A stretch of DNA of 61,719 bases, filler included, from a bacterium UBP13_UBA5359 (GCA_002410925.1; 4 parts of 4 records of this genome joined end to end with filler, not necessarily neighbours in it), one strand, 5' to 3'. Positions 20,603-30,789 are shown, counted from the whole stretch's first letter. The notes: a model not told the origin generated them from the sequence alone. A program made the numbers and translations.

Positions 20603-21841
20603 ATGTCAAGCTTAGCCATATCCGGAGGAATGCCGGTACGTCGGGAGCCCTTTCCGTCCTGGCCTGTAACAGGAACGGCAGACAGGGAGAAGCTTCTGGA
20701 AGTATTCGACAGCGGCAAATGGTGGTACGGAGAGAAGGTAAGAGAGTTTGAAGAGAGATATGCCGCCTTTCATGATGCAAAGCATGGCATCACCTGTGCC
20801 AACGGCACCGTGGCTCTGGAAGTAGCTCTGCTGGCTTGCGGCATCGGGGCCGGTGATGAAGTCATCGTGCCGCCTTATACCTTTATGGCTACGGCCAGTG
20901 CGGTGCTGAAGATCAACGCCATTCCCGTCTTTGCCGATATAGAGCTCGATACCTGTAACCTTGACCCTGAGGACGTGGAAAGAAAGATCAATTCTAAGAC
21001 CAAAGCCGTAATCCCCGTGCATATTGCCGGTCTGCCTGTGGATATGGATGCCTTCAGAGCGCTGGCACAGAAGCATAAGCTGGCCCTGATAGAGGATGCC
21101 TGCCATAGCTGGGGCAGCAAATGGAGAGGCAAGGGCACGGGAGCCATAGGTGATTGCGGCGTCTTTAGCTTCCAGATGAGCAAGAATATCACTTCCGGAG
21201 AGGGAGGCATACTGCTTACCGATAAAGAAGAGATAGCCGATACAGCCAGAAGCTACACCAACTGCGGGCGTATTAAAGGCGGAGCCTGGTATGAGCATTA
21301 TCTGATGGGCAGTAACCTGAGAATGACAGAGTTGCAGGCAGCTATACTGTTGGGGCAACTTGAAAGGCTGGAAGAACAGACACTGAAGAGAGAGAAAAAT
21401 GCAGCTTATCTTGACGAACAACTGAAGAATATGCCCGGCATCAGCCTGATGAAGAAGGATGCCAGGGTTACCCGGCGCAGCTACCATATGTATATCTTTC
21501 GTTTTCTGCCAGAGGAATGGCTCGGAGTCAGCCGGGATAAATTCCTGGAAGCCCTCAGAGCAGAGGGCATACCCTCTAGCGCCGGCTATAATATACCTTT
21601 GTATAAGAATCCCCTCTTCCAGCAACAGGGAGAAGGACCGCGGTATTGCCCTATATCCTGTCCTTATCACGGCCAGGGAATGGATTATACTCAGGTAGTA
21701 TGTCCCAATGCCGAACTCATCAGCCGGGAAGGTTGTTGGATACCGCATACCGCCCTTCTGGCCGAAGAACAGGATATGAAGGATATAGCCTGTGCCATAA
21801 GGAAGATATGGGAAGGTCGAAGAGAATTGGCAGGCATCTGA
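20603..21841 (+). CDS. DegT/DnrJ/StrS PLP aminotransferase, StsC/BtrR/RifK-like subfamily
   Basis: LAISGGMPVR start, GDEVIVPPYTFMAT, IEDACH, FSFQMSKNITSGEGG. Confidence 0.88.
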   Translation: MSSLAISGGMPVRREPFPSWPVTGTADREKLLEVFDSGKWWYGEKVREFEERYAAFHDAKHGITCANGTVALEVALLACGIGAGDEVIVPPYTFMATASAVLKINAIPVFADIELDTCNLDPEDVERKINSKTKAVIPVHIAGLPVDMDAFRALAQKHKLALIEDACHSWGSKWRGKGTGAIGDCGVFSFQMSKNITSGEGGILLTDKEEIADTARSYTNCGRIKGGAWYEHYLMGSNLRMTELQAAILLGQLERLEEQTLKREKNAAYLDEQLKNMPGISLMKKDARVTRRSYHMYIFRFLPEEWLGVSRDKFLEALRAEGIPSSAGYNIPLYKNPLFQQQGEGPRYCPISCPYHGQGMDYTQVVCPNAELISREGCWIPHTALLAEEQDMKDIACAIRKIWEGRRELAGI

Positions 21842-21843
21842 TT

Positions 21844-23148
21844 ATGAGAGCAGGCTATGGAGAAAAAGTAATCACTCCACCGCCGGGTATCGAGCTTACC
21901 GGATACGGTTATTATCGCGAACGCAAAGCCGAGGCGGTTCTGGATGATCTTAAGGCCAGAGCTCTTTTTATCAGCCAGGGCAGGGAGAGCATTATTCTTA
22001 TATGCTGTGATCTGCTGGGCATAACGATAGATTATGCTGATACCGTAAGAGCAGAGATATCTTCTCGGTTTGAAGTACTGCCGCAGAATATTCTGCTGGC
22101 TTGTACGCACACTCATACCGGCCCTGCTGTTCAGACTCTGCTCGGTTTGGGAGAGGCTGATGCAAATTATCCGTTTCAGCTTTCCACGGCTATCGTCGAA
22201 GCAGTTGAGCAGGCATGGCAGGATATGGGCGAAGCAGCACCGCATTATCATACCGAGATAGTGGAACCCATAGGCTTCAACCGTCGGAACAAAAGCTTTA
22301 CACCGATAGATCCCGCTTTGAGAATTCTACTTTTCAAGCGCGGCAGCGGCAGCATATATCTGCTCAGCTATGCCTGCCATCCCGTAGTGCTCGGTCCTGC
22401 TTCGGCCGTTTCTGCTGACTGGCCCGGCGCACTCATCTCCTCTCTGGAAAATAGAGGCTATCGCGGTATATTTTTTCAGGGCTTCTGCGGAAATATAGAT
22501 CCGGTAAGCAATTTTAACCGCTGGGGAACGGGTACAAAAAGGGATTTGGATCTATACGGCAAGATGCTCAGCGACAGAGCTTTGAAAGCAGAGCAGCACG
22601 CTGTTGCTCTGCCGCAGATAAATATAAAAGCCCTGGAAACCAGGCAGGCTCTTCCACTGTCAGTTCCCTCCAGAGCGAAAATAGCAAAAGAGAAAGAAGC
22701 CTGGCTAGAAGCAAACAGCGGCAAGGATGGATGTAGGAGATTTATCGAAAGCTGGGCGGAGTGTGCAGAAAAGAATTACGACAGGTTAAAAGAGAAACCG
22801 TGCCTGACGGATGTTCCGCTGCAGGCGCTGGCTATAGGTCCGTTGAAGATAATCGCCTTTCCGGGCGAAGTTTTCTGCGACTACGGATTACGTTTGCAGG
22901 AAAAATATCCGTCAATTTTTACAATCGGTTATGCCAACGGATATATCGGTTATCTGCCGACAGCTGATGCCTATCATAATAGCAGCGATTATGCCTGTTA
23001 TTCAGCGCCTAAATTTGCCGGTATTTTTCCGTTTGCGGTTGATATAGAGAACGTTCTTCTCAAAGCAAGTGAAAGCTTGCTGATATCGTTAGATTTCTTC
23101 CGGTATTCAGCAAATGATCAAGGAGTAACATGCAATGGCAGCGGATAA
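21844..23148 (+). CDS. Neutral/alkaline ceramidase-like amidohydrolase family protein
   Basis: ITPPPGIELTGY, DDLKARAL, CTHTHTGP, YACHP, SADWPG, FPGEVF, GYANGYIGYLPT. Start moved to ATG 21844. Confidence 0.8.
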   Translation: MRAGYGEKVITPPPGIELTGYGYYRERKAEAVLDDLKARALFISQGRESIILICCDLLGITIDYADTVRAEISSRFEVLPQNILLACTHTHTGPAVQTLLGLGEADANYPFQLSTAIVEAVEQAWQDMGEAAPHYHTEIVEPIGFNRRNKSFTPIDPALRILLFKRGSGSIYLLSYACHPVVLGPASAVSADWPGALISSLENRGYRGIFFQGFCGNIDPVSNFNRWGTGTKRDLDLYGKMLSDRALKAEQHAVALPQINIKALETRQALPLSVPSRAKIAKEKEAWLEANSGKDGCRRFIESWAECAEKNYDRLKEKPCLTDVPLQALAIGPLKIIAFPGEVFCDYGLRLQEKYPSIFTIGYANGYIGYLPTADAYHNSSDYACYSAPKFAGIFPFAVDIENVLLKASESLLISLDFFRYSANDQGVTCNGSG

Positions 23149-23221
23149 AAGGGAGAGATTAAGCCAAGGGATACGAGNNNNNNNNNNNNNNNNNNNNNNN
23201 NNNNNNNNNNNNNNNNNNNNN

Positions 23222-23233
23222 TTAATTAATTAA
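23222..23233. other. Artificial contig linker TTAATTAATTAA within Ns
   Basis: Same linker as at 15858. Confidence 0.95.
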
Positions 23234-23278
23234 NNNNNNNNNNNNNNNNNNNNNNNNNNNNNNNNNNNNNNNNNNNNT

Positions 23279-23893
23279 TATCAGGCCTGGGGCAACATAC
23301 ACATGGCTCCTACACCACTGATAGGACAGAATCCATCCCCCGATCCACTAGCGGAACTCGCCGCTCCCTCGATTACAGGATTGCCCAGCTTTAAAGGCGG
23401 GAACATCAGGGGCAACAGAATGATCACATTGAACCCGGGAGTCTACACCGGCAAGCTGGCCATCGGCGGCAATGCCGCTGTTACTTTCAACCCCGGCACA
23501 TATATTTTTCAGAACGGTATAGAGATCAACGGCAATGCCGCTGTCACCGGGAGCGATGTTCTCATCTACAATCAGGGAGGGCCTCTGAGCTTTACCGGAA
23601 ATACAAGGATTAATCTTACGCCGCCTACAAGCGGCGACTATGCGGGAATATCAATCTTCCAGGCACATACCAACAACAATACCATGACCATTACCGGCAA
23701 TGCCGACTGGTCTATTCAGGGAACTTTCTATCTGCCCAACGCCGGCCTAGAACTTCAGGGGAATACAAGTCTGATACGGAGCATGATAATAGCTTACCGC
23801 TTATCCGTTATCGGCAATTCATCGCTTAGAATCGATGCCTCAGAGCCTGCCGCAGCGCAGACACCCACCGGCGGTATATTATTGGAAGAGTAA
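23279..23893 (+). CDS. C-terminal fragment of a TadG-like / beta-solenoid surface protein
   Basis: Frame is open from the contig start. PDPLAEL, LNPGVY, FNPGTY, YAGISIFQ, GTFYLP and six [ILF]xGN[AST] repeats. Confidence 0.55.
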   Translation, partial: YQAWGNIHMAPTPLIGQNPSPDPLAELAAPSITGLPSFKGGNIRGNRMITLNPGVYTGKLAIGGNAAVTFNPGTYIFQNGIEINGNAAVTGSDVLIYNQGGPLSFTGNTRINLTPPTSGDYAGISIFQAHTNNNTMTITGNADWSIQGTFYLPNAGLELQGNTSLIRSMIIAYRLSVIGNSSLRIDASEPAAAQTPTGGILLEE

Positions 23894-25303
23894 TTACTGT
23901 TTAAACAACGACTTCAACGCCGTTTTTGCACCAGAGAGAGCCATACCGCCCAACCCCTTATTTCTGGATAGTATATCCTCCAATGCTTTCAGCAAGCGGT
24001 CAATTTGCTCGCAAGAGATATTCAAAGGCGGCTCCAGACGTATGACCGATGGATTATTCAAGGTATAGGCTGTAACTATCCGATGCCTGTTAAGCAGTTC
24101 TCCGGCTACCATGGCTCCCGCATATTCCTCAGCCATACGTCCAATTGCTCCACCAGTAAGCTTATTAAGCATTCCTTCTTCCGGATGGGCTATTTCAAGA
24201 CCTATCATCAGCCCTCTGCCCCTTATATCTCTAATAAGAGGATAGCTTTCTTTCAACAGGAGCAACTTCTCCAGAAGGTATTTACCCTTTTCAGCCGCCT
24301 GTCCAGGCAGATTATCACGACAAATAATCTGCAATGCCGTTAATCCGGCCGCTGCGGCACGGGTATTGCCGCCAAAAGTAGAGGTGTGCAGCATGGCCTT
24401 CTCCATACTGCCGTAGGCACGCTTCCAGATTTCAGCGGATGCAATATAAGCAGATAAAGGCATCACTCCGCCGCCAAAGGATTTGGATATGCACATTATA
24501 TCCGGAGTTACGCCCTCATGCTCACAGGCGAAGAATTTTCCAGTTCTGCCGAACCCCGTCTGAATTTCATCTATTATCAAAGCTGTGCCGGCAGCCGTGC
24601 ATAGCTTACGCGCCTCCGTTAGATAACCCTCGGGCGCCACTATAATGCCTCCCTCTCCCTGAATAGGCTCCACAATAAAGGCGGCAATATCTCCGGCGGC
24701 AAGAGCGCTTTCCAAGGCTGAGATATCTCCATAAGGAACAAAAGAGACTCCCGGCAGCAGAGGCTCGAATGGATGACGATATTTATCTCGTCCGGTTACC
24801 GATAAAGCTCCCAGAGTCTTGCCATGAAAAGAACCGATGCAGGAAAGAATCCCGGCTCTTCCAGTAGCAGCTCGAGCCAGCTTTAAAGCACCCTCCACCG
24901 CTTCTGCCCCACTATTCCCAAAAAAAGAATATTGCAAATCCCCCGGAGTCAAAAACGCCAGATTACGGGCCAGCGCCCCGGCCAATGGATTGAGCGAAGC
25001 CTGCAACAAATTGGGCAGGCCACTGACAGAGGACACGGCCGCCTCGATATCAGGATGGTTATGTCCCAGATTAAGAGCTCCATATCCGCCCAAAAAATCC
25101 AGATACTCATTGCCGTCTTCATCCCATAGAATGGTTCCTTCAGCCTTGACAAAACGTTTATCAAAGCCGATCAGCCCCATCATAGAAACCAATTCCGGAT
25201 TGATATAACGTCGATGGTTTTCTTTATTAGCTTCCCGCGATAGAGCTACAGCCTCTTCAAGCGTAGTTAATTTCGATAATGAATTATGCACATCGTCAAT
25301 CAT
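23894..25303 (-). CDS. Class III PLP aminotransferase (putrescine/acetylornithine, HpnO-like clade)
   Basis: YLDFLGGYG, NSGAEAVEGALK, SFHGKT, EPIQGEGG, DEIQTGFGRTG, SKSFGGG. Confidence 0.9.
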   Translation of the reverse strand: MIDDVHNSLSKLTTLEEAVALSREANKENHRRYINPELVSMMGLIGFDKRFVKAEGTILWDEDGNEYLDFLGGYGALNLGHNHPDIEAAVSSVSGLPNLLQASLNPLAGALARNLAFLTPGDLQYSFFGNSGAEAVEGALKLARAATGRAGILSCIGSFHGKTLGALSVTGRDKYRHPFEPLLPGVSFVPYGDISALESALAAGDIAAFIVEPIQGEGGIIVAPEGYLTEARKLCTAAGTALIIDEIQTGFGRTGKFFACEHEGVTPDIMCISKSFGGGVMPLSAYIASAEIWKRAYGSMEKAMLHTSTFGGNTRAAAAGLTALQIICRDNLPGQAAEKGKYLLEKLLLLKESYPLIRDIRGRGLMIGLEIAHPEEGMLNKLTGGAIGRMAEEYAGAMVAGELLNRHRIVTAYTLNNPSVIRLEPPLNISCEQIDRLLKALEDILSRNKGLGGMALSGAKTALKSLFKQ

Positions 25304-25609
25304 GCTTATCTCCCTTGCTAGCTATTGATTTCTCAGTGCTTGATGCTCGATACAAGTTAAATATCTTCGTTTTCAAACACGATTGTCAGTAGCTTAGCAC
25401 AGATATCGGCTGATTACAATTTGACATGATTGAGCAGGCTTTTGGGGATAATAATACCTACCGGAGAGCATGAATCATCCCTCCGGTGATGTACATCACC
25501 GGGAATTTGTACACAGCAACCCATATTTAGATCACCCGGGCGTATATTTTGCAGTATCCTTTACCGCCTTGCGAAAGTACAGAATAAATTTACAAAGAGA
25601 GAACAGCAT

Positions 25610-26635
25610 ATGAATCGAGATACTTTTCGAGGCTGCGATATCCTGATAACCGGCGGGCTGGGCTTCATAGGCAGTAATCTGGCACGCTCTCTGGCAGCCG
25701 AAGGCGCCAGAGTTACGGTTCTGGATGCTCTTATCCCCGGGCACGGCGGAAACCCGGATAATCTTAGCGGCTGCGATCATCGCCTGACCATCGTAAAAGC
25801 GGATCAAAGCGCCATTGCCGATCTTCTTCCCAGCCTGAAGTATTTTCATACTATCTTTAATTTGGCAGGCCAGGTAAGCCATGTCGACAGTATGACCAAT
25901 CCTCTTCTAGATCTGCACTGCAACTGTGCCGTTCATCTTGCCTTGCTGGAAGCCTGTAAAGAGCGAGCTTTTCGAGGCAAAATCATCTTTACCAGCACCA
26001 GGCAGGTTTACGGAGATACCGGTGGTAAAACGGTGGATGAAGATTTTTCGGTCAATCCGGTAGACAATAACGGCATAAATAAGCTGGCGGCAGAGCAATA
26101 TCATCTGCTTTATCAAAAGCTTTACGGCCTCAGGACCGTAATCCTGAGGCTCTGCAACATCTATGGACCGAGACAGCTGATAGCGCATAATCGTCAGGGC
26201 TTCATACCATGGTTTGTTCGTCTTGCCCTGACCGGTAACGATATACCCTTATTCGGCGGCGGCACAGACCTTAGAGAAGCTTTGTTTGTAAGCGATATCA
26301 TCGCCGCTCTGAAAAGTGCGGCCTTAGCCCCTTTGGCTGATGGCGGCAGAGTATATAATATAGGCAACGATTACAGAATCTCCATAAGAGATTTGGCTGA
26401 AATGATAATAAATGCGGCCGGTAGCGGCAGAATCGTTGAAGCGCCCTTTCCTCAAGAAAGAGCCGCCATAAGGCTCAAGGATTGCCGGTTGGATTTTGCA
26501 CGCGCCAGACGGGAATTGGGCTGGCAGCCGTCGGTATCATTGCTGGAGGGCATTAGGCAAACAATAATCTTTTATCGTCGTAATCCGAATAGATATATAG
26601 ATGAGCATGATACGGAGGTGATCACTCCTGAATAG
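25610..26635 (+). CDS. NAD-dependent nucleotide-sugar epimerase/dehydratase
   Basis: ITGGLGFIGS, TSTRQVYG, NGINK (YxxxK variant), NIYGPRQ. Confidence 0.9.
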   Translation: MNRDTFRGCDILITGGLGFIGSNLARSLAAEGARVTVLDALIPGHGGNPDNLSGCDHRLTIVKADQSAIADLLPSLKYFHTIFNLAGQVSHVDSMTNPLLDLHCNCAVHLALLEACKERAFRGKIIFTSTRQVYGDTGGKTVDEDFSVNPVDNNGINKLAAEQYHLLYQKLYGLRTVILRLCNIYGPRQLIAHNRQGFIPWFVRLALTGNDIPLFGGGTDLREALFVSDIIAALKSAALAPLADGGRVYNIGNDYRISIRDLAEMIINAAGSGRIVEAPFPQERAAIRLKDCRLDFARARRELGWQPSVSLLEGIRQTIIFYRRNPNRYIDEHDTEVITPE

Positions 26636-27731
26636 ATCGATAAACTTCAACGATGTCTGCCCAGGCGGAAAACAGGAGATAGATATGCTCCTGACTGATT
26701 GCCGCCGTGTTTTAACATCAAGGCACTATATCAATGGAACTGAAGTTGCATGTTTTGAAGAGGAGTTCGCCTCCTACCTCGGCGTTTCCGGGTGCGTCGG
26801 CACAGCCTGCGGAACCGATGCGCTTTACCTGGCGCTGCTTGCATTGGGGGTAGGGCCGGGAGATGAAGTTATCACTGTCTCGCTTACAGCCTATCCTACC
26901 CTGCTGGCTATTTTAAGAACGGGAGCCGTTGCAGTGCTGGTGGATGTGGATGATACGCTGACCATGGATCCGGATGCCCTGATAGAAGGAATTACATCCC
27001 ATACCAAAGCGATTGTGCCCGTACACCTTTACGGTTCTCCATGTGATATGCAACGTATCTGTGACATTGCCGAAGCGCATGGATTGATTGTGGTTGAGGA
27101 TGCCTGCCAGGCCCACGGCGCCGCTATTGAAGGCAGGCGAGTTGGAACATTCGGACATGCCGCCGCCTTCAGTTTCTATCCTACCAAAAATCTCGGGGCT
27201 ATAGGCGACGGCGGAATGGTGGCTTCCTCCGATCCGCAGATTCTGCAAAGGCTATACCGTCTACGGTCCATGCAAAGCGAAAATATCGATGGCAGACAGA
27301 TAACCGGATATAACAGCAGGCTTGATGAATTGCAGGCAGCTATATTGAGAAGTAGGCTTAAAGAATTGGAAAAACGCAACCTCGCCCGGCGAAAAGCAGC
27401 TGCCGCCTATAATGCACTGCTACCGGATTGCCTCAAACGGCCTTTCGCCCCGGCACAGGCACTATCCGCCGTTCATATCTATGCTGTTAGATCTGAGCAA
27501 CGGCCGGCTTTCATATCCACCCTGGAGAGGGGCCGGGTTCCAGCCATGATTCACTATCCCAAGCTGGCGCACGAATACGGCGAAGGCAATATCCGATGCC
27601 GGGACCTGAGGATATCCATCCGAGTAAGAGAAGAAATTCTTTCCTTGCCCATGCATCCAAACTTGCAGCAAAGCAGTATTGAATATATCTGCACTCTGCT
27701 CACGGAAGAGTTGAGCCATGAAGCCCCATAA
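26628..27731 (+). CDS. DegT/DnrJ nucleotide-sugar aminotransferase (FdtB-like)
   Basis: GDEVIT, PVHLYG, EDACQAHG, FSFYPTKNLGAIGDGG, GYNSRLDELQAA. Start is either CTG 26628 or ATG 26685. Confidence 0.9.
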   Translation: MNRSINFNDVCPGGKQEIDMLLTDCRRVLTSRHYINGTEVACFEEEFASYLGVSGCVGTACGTDALYLALLALGVGPGDEVITVSLTAYPTLLAILRTGAVAVLVDVDDTLTMDPDALIEGITSHTKAIVPVHLYGSPCDMQRICDIAEAHGLIVVEDACQAHGAAIEGRRVGTFGHAAAFSFYPTKNLGAIGDGGMVASSDPQILQRLYRLRSMQSENIDGRQITGYNSRLDELQAAILRSRLKELEKRNLARRKAAAAYNALLPDCLKRPFAPAQALSAVHIYAVRSEQRPAFISTLERGRVPAMIHYPKLAHEYGEGNIRCRDLRISIRVREEILSLPMHPNLQQSSIEYICTLLTEELSHEAP

Positions 27732-28569
27732 AGCCGATACCCTGATAATCAACCTGGCCCTTACTGGGATGGTGCCTCTCAAAGAGCACAATCCGCATGT
27801 ACCCTTGACTCCACTGGAGATTGCCGCCGATGCTGAGAGATGCCATGCCGCCGGTGCCGGCATTCTCCATCTACATGCGCGTGATGAGCAGGGGCGCCCA
27901 ACACCGGACCCGGAGATATACAGGCAGATGATATGTGACATCAAAGAGCGCTGTCCTCAAGCCGTAATCTGCGTCAGTACCAGCGGGCGCCTGGACCCGT
28001 CTTATGAGAAGAGAAGCCGGGTCCTCTACCTTCAGGGTGATGCCCATCCGGATATGGCCTCCCTGACGCTTGGCTCCATGAACTTCCCGCAACAGGCATC
28101 CGTCAATAATCCGGATACCATTGTGCGTCTGGCCGCAACGATGCAGGAACAGGGCATCAAGCCAGAGTTGGAGGTCTTTGAGCCGGGGATGCTCAATTAT
28201 GCTCTTTATCTGATCTCCAAAGACATTCTCTCTGAGCCGGCCTACGTAAATATCCTTTTGGGATCACTTGGCACCTCCACCGCCTCGCCTCACTCCTTAT
28301 CACACTTCCTTACCCTTATTCCCGACAACTGGATATGGGCAGTGGCCGGCATCGGCAGGTTTCAGCTGGACTGTACCATGCTGGCTATTTCCTGCGGCGG
28401 GCACATCCGAACAGGCCTGGAGGATAATCTCTACTACGACAGAGCCAGGCTCAGGCCGGCTACCAACCTCGATCTGGTAGAGAGAACGGCAGAGCTGATA
28501 CGGTTATCAGACAGATCGGTGAGCACTCCAGGCCAGACAAGAGAGATATTGGGGTTGAAAAAACCGTGA
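27718..28569 (+). CDS. Beta-keto acid cleavage enzyme (BKACE/Kce, DUF849)
   Basis: ALTG...NPHVPLTPLEIA, HLHARD, DMASLTLGSMNF, KPELEVF, RTGLEDN. Confidence 0.9.
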   Translation: MKPHKADTLIINLALTGMVPLKEHNPHVPLTPLEIAADAERCHAAGAGILHLHARDEQGRPTPDPEIYRQMICDIKERCPQAVICVSTSGRLDPSYEKRSRVLYLQGDAHPDMASLTLGSMNFPQQASVNNPDTIVRLAATMQEQGIKPELEVFEPGMLNYALYLISKDILSEPAYVNILLGSLGTSTASPHSLSHFLTLIPDNWIWAVAGIGRFQLDCTMLAISCGGHIRTGLEDNLYYDRARLRPATNLDLVERTAELIRLSDRSVSTPGQTREILGLKKP

Positions 28570-29228
28570 CCAAAGACAAGCAACTCTGCATAATAGGCAT
28601 AGCCTCATCTTATACGGCAGAGGTCATAGAGATTGCGGAGGCAACCGGGTACAGGATCGCCGTTCTTATAGACAACCTGGAGAACGGTCATCCCTTGCCC
28701 GCATATAACGGATACATCACTACCGGTTTATCCGGCCTGCCGGATGAATATAAATGCTGCGACTGCGCCTGTGCCGTGACCACGCCCCATTACAGGCATC
28801 TTATAATACAACAAGCAATCATCGCCGGCTTCAGCAGTTTCCCACAGATTGCTCACCCATCCGCCTGCATCTCCAAGACAGTAACAGCAAAAGACGGCTT
28901 GCTGCTCAACGCCGGCGCAGTGATTGCATCAGGAACGCAAATAGGACGTTTCTGTATTATCAATCGCAGTTGTTCCCTGGGGCACCATAATATCATCGGC
29001 GATTACGTCACCCTCTCCCCTGCGGCTGTTACCACCGGCGGTGTGATTATCAAAGATAGTGCTTACGTAGGTGCGGGAGCCATTATCCTGCCCGGAGTAA
29101 CGATAGGAAGCAATGCCATAGTGGGAGCCGGAGCCGTAGTACGTGAAGATGTTCCCGATAGCTGCCTGGCGGCAGGAGTACCGGCCGTCATCAAACGTAC
29201 CGGTATTGAAGGGTATAGAGGAAGATGA
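28566..29228 (+). CDS. NeuD/PglD-family sugar acyltransferase (hexapeptide repeat)
   Basis: IAHPSA, left-handed beta-helix repeats, GHH, VGAGAIILPG, GVPA. Confidence 0.88.
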   Translation: MTKDKQLCIIGIASSYTAEVIEIAEATGYRIAVLIDNLENGHPLPAYNGYITTGLSGLPDEYKCCDCACAVTTPHYRHLIIQQAIIAGFSSFPQIAHPSACISKTVTAKDGLLLNAGAVIASGTQIGRFCIINRSCSLGHHNIIGDYVTLSPAAVTTGGVIIKDSAYVGAGAIILPGVTIGSNAIVGAGAVVREDVPDSCLAAGVPAVIKRTGIEGYRGR

Positions 29229-30316
29229 AGATTGTCTCGCAACCGGACCGATATAAGCCGGGCCTGGTCAGTTATATACTGCCGGCCTATAATGGGGAAG
29301 CGTACATTGCTGAAGCTGTGACATCCATTCTCAGCCAGACCTACGACAATATCGAGTTAATAGTTGTCAACGACGGTTCCACAGACAGCACGGAAGATGC
29401 GTTGCAGAGCGTTTCAGATCCCAGACTGACCGTTATCAAACAGAAAAACCTGGGGATATCGCATGCCAGAAATAACGGCATTGCCGCTGCCAGAGGGGAG
29501 TTTATAGGCTCAGCCAGCCAGGATGATATCTTTGAGCCTGATAAAACAGAACGGCAGGTAGAATTTCTTCGTAGCCGGGACATGGATATGTCGTTTACCT
29601 GGATTAAGGTAATCGGTGAGGCCAGAGCCCTGGTGGAGCGCAAGATGCTCTCCATCTTCAACAAACGGAGTCCCAAGCCGGAGGCAGTATTCCGCAAGCT
29701 GCTACGGCGCAATTTCCTGTCGGCTCCCAGCTTTCTGGGACGGAGGGAATGCTATGCCGTATCATCATGGAGACAGGGCTTGCTTCTATATCAGGATTGC
29801 GACCTATGGCTGCAGATGTGCGGGGCCGGCATGCGGTGCGGCATGGTAGAAGCTCCGCTGCTACATTACCGGGCTCACTTCGGGAGCCTGAGCTTCAACC
29901 GAGATTACCCCGAAGCTTATAGAGAAATAGAGAAGAGCACTATGTTGCAGCTGGCCCTTGAACTGACACCGAAAGGGCGCAGTATTACAATGCCTGGCAG
30001 TTGGCTGCGGCGGTCCGATTGGCCGCTGCATATAACTGCCGGCAAAGCAGAAGAGTTGGCATCTCGAGCTTTGGCCATTGCCGGAAACGGTCGGGGAAAC
30101 CTGCGACAAGCACATGCTCTGGCCGTATATGCCTTGAACAAAGAACCTCTCAATCCAAGCAACTATCTGCTGCTGGCTGATCTGCTGGATGCTTTCAGTT
30201 ATAGAGGCCCGGCCGATACCTTCAGAAGGATATCGGCCCACCTTGCAAATCAAGACCACTATACAAATCCCTCTTCAACTTTTCCAGCAAGAAATACTTT
30301 CCTGGACAGGCTGTAG
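29225..30316 (+). CDS. Glycosyltransferase family 2
   Basis: VSYILPAYN, VVNDGSTD, ARNNGI, QDD, DCDLW. Confidence 0.9.
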   Translation: MKIVSQPDRYKPGLVSYILPAYNGEAYIAEAVTSILSQTYDNIELIVVNDGSTDSTEDALQSVSDPRLTVIKQKNLGISHARNNGIAAARGEFIGSASQDDIFEPDKTERQVEFLRSRDMDMSFTWIKVIGEARALVERKMLSIFNKRSPKPEAVFRKLLRRNFLSAPSFLGRRECYAVSSWRQGLLLYQDCDLWLQMCGAGMRCGMVEAPLLHYRAHFGSLSFNRDYPEAYREIEKSTMLQLALELTPKGRSITMPGSWLRRSDWPLHITAGKAEELASRALAIAGNGRGNLRQAHALAVYALNKEPLNPSNYLLLADLLDAFSYRGPADTFRRISAHLANQDHYTNPSSTFPARNTFLDRL

Positions 30317-30442
30317 CGGCCATTCTCAGACCATCGTCTGGAACTCCATTTGACAAGCAGGCAAGGACCGTGATAAGAATTGATTAAGCGATTGTGCTTG
30401 ATGACCGGCTGCCGTAAGAGCGCCGATTACATGGAGGATTTG

Positions 30443-30745
30443 ATGATCAAGTTCATAGCCGATGAAGTTTGGGCCATAGATGCTGAATGGGTTCCCGATA
30501 TTCCCACCGGAAGGCGTGTATACGACCTGGGCCCGGAAATACCTGACGCAGATGTGCTGGAGCATATGTTCCAGGCCGGCGGCGCTTCAGAGGAAAATCC
30601 ACGGCCATATCTGAAAACGGTACTCTGTCGGGTGGTTTCGGTAGCGGCACTGGTACGACAAAAAGCCAAAAACGGCGCGATATCGCACCGGCTGGTGGCT
30701 CTGCCCAGATACGGTGATCCAGCTATGGCTGAGGCAGACCTTCTG
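30443..30745 (+). CDS. 3'-5' exonuclease related to the PolB exonuclease domain (N-terminal fragment)
   Basis: VWAIDAEWVPD ExoI DxE motif; truncated by the contig end. Confidence 0.65.
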
Positions 30746-30789
30746 NNNNNNNNNNNNNNNNNNNNNNNNNNNNNNNNNNNNNNNNNNNN

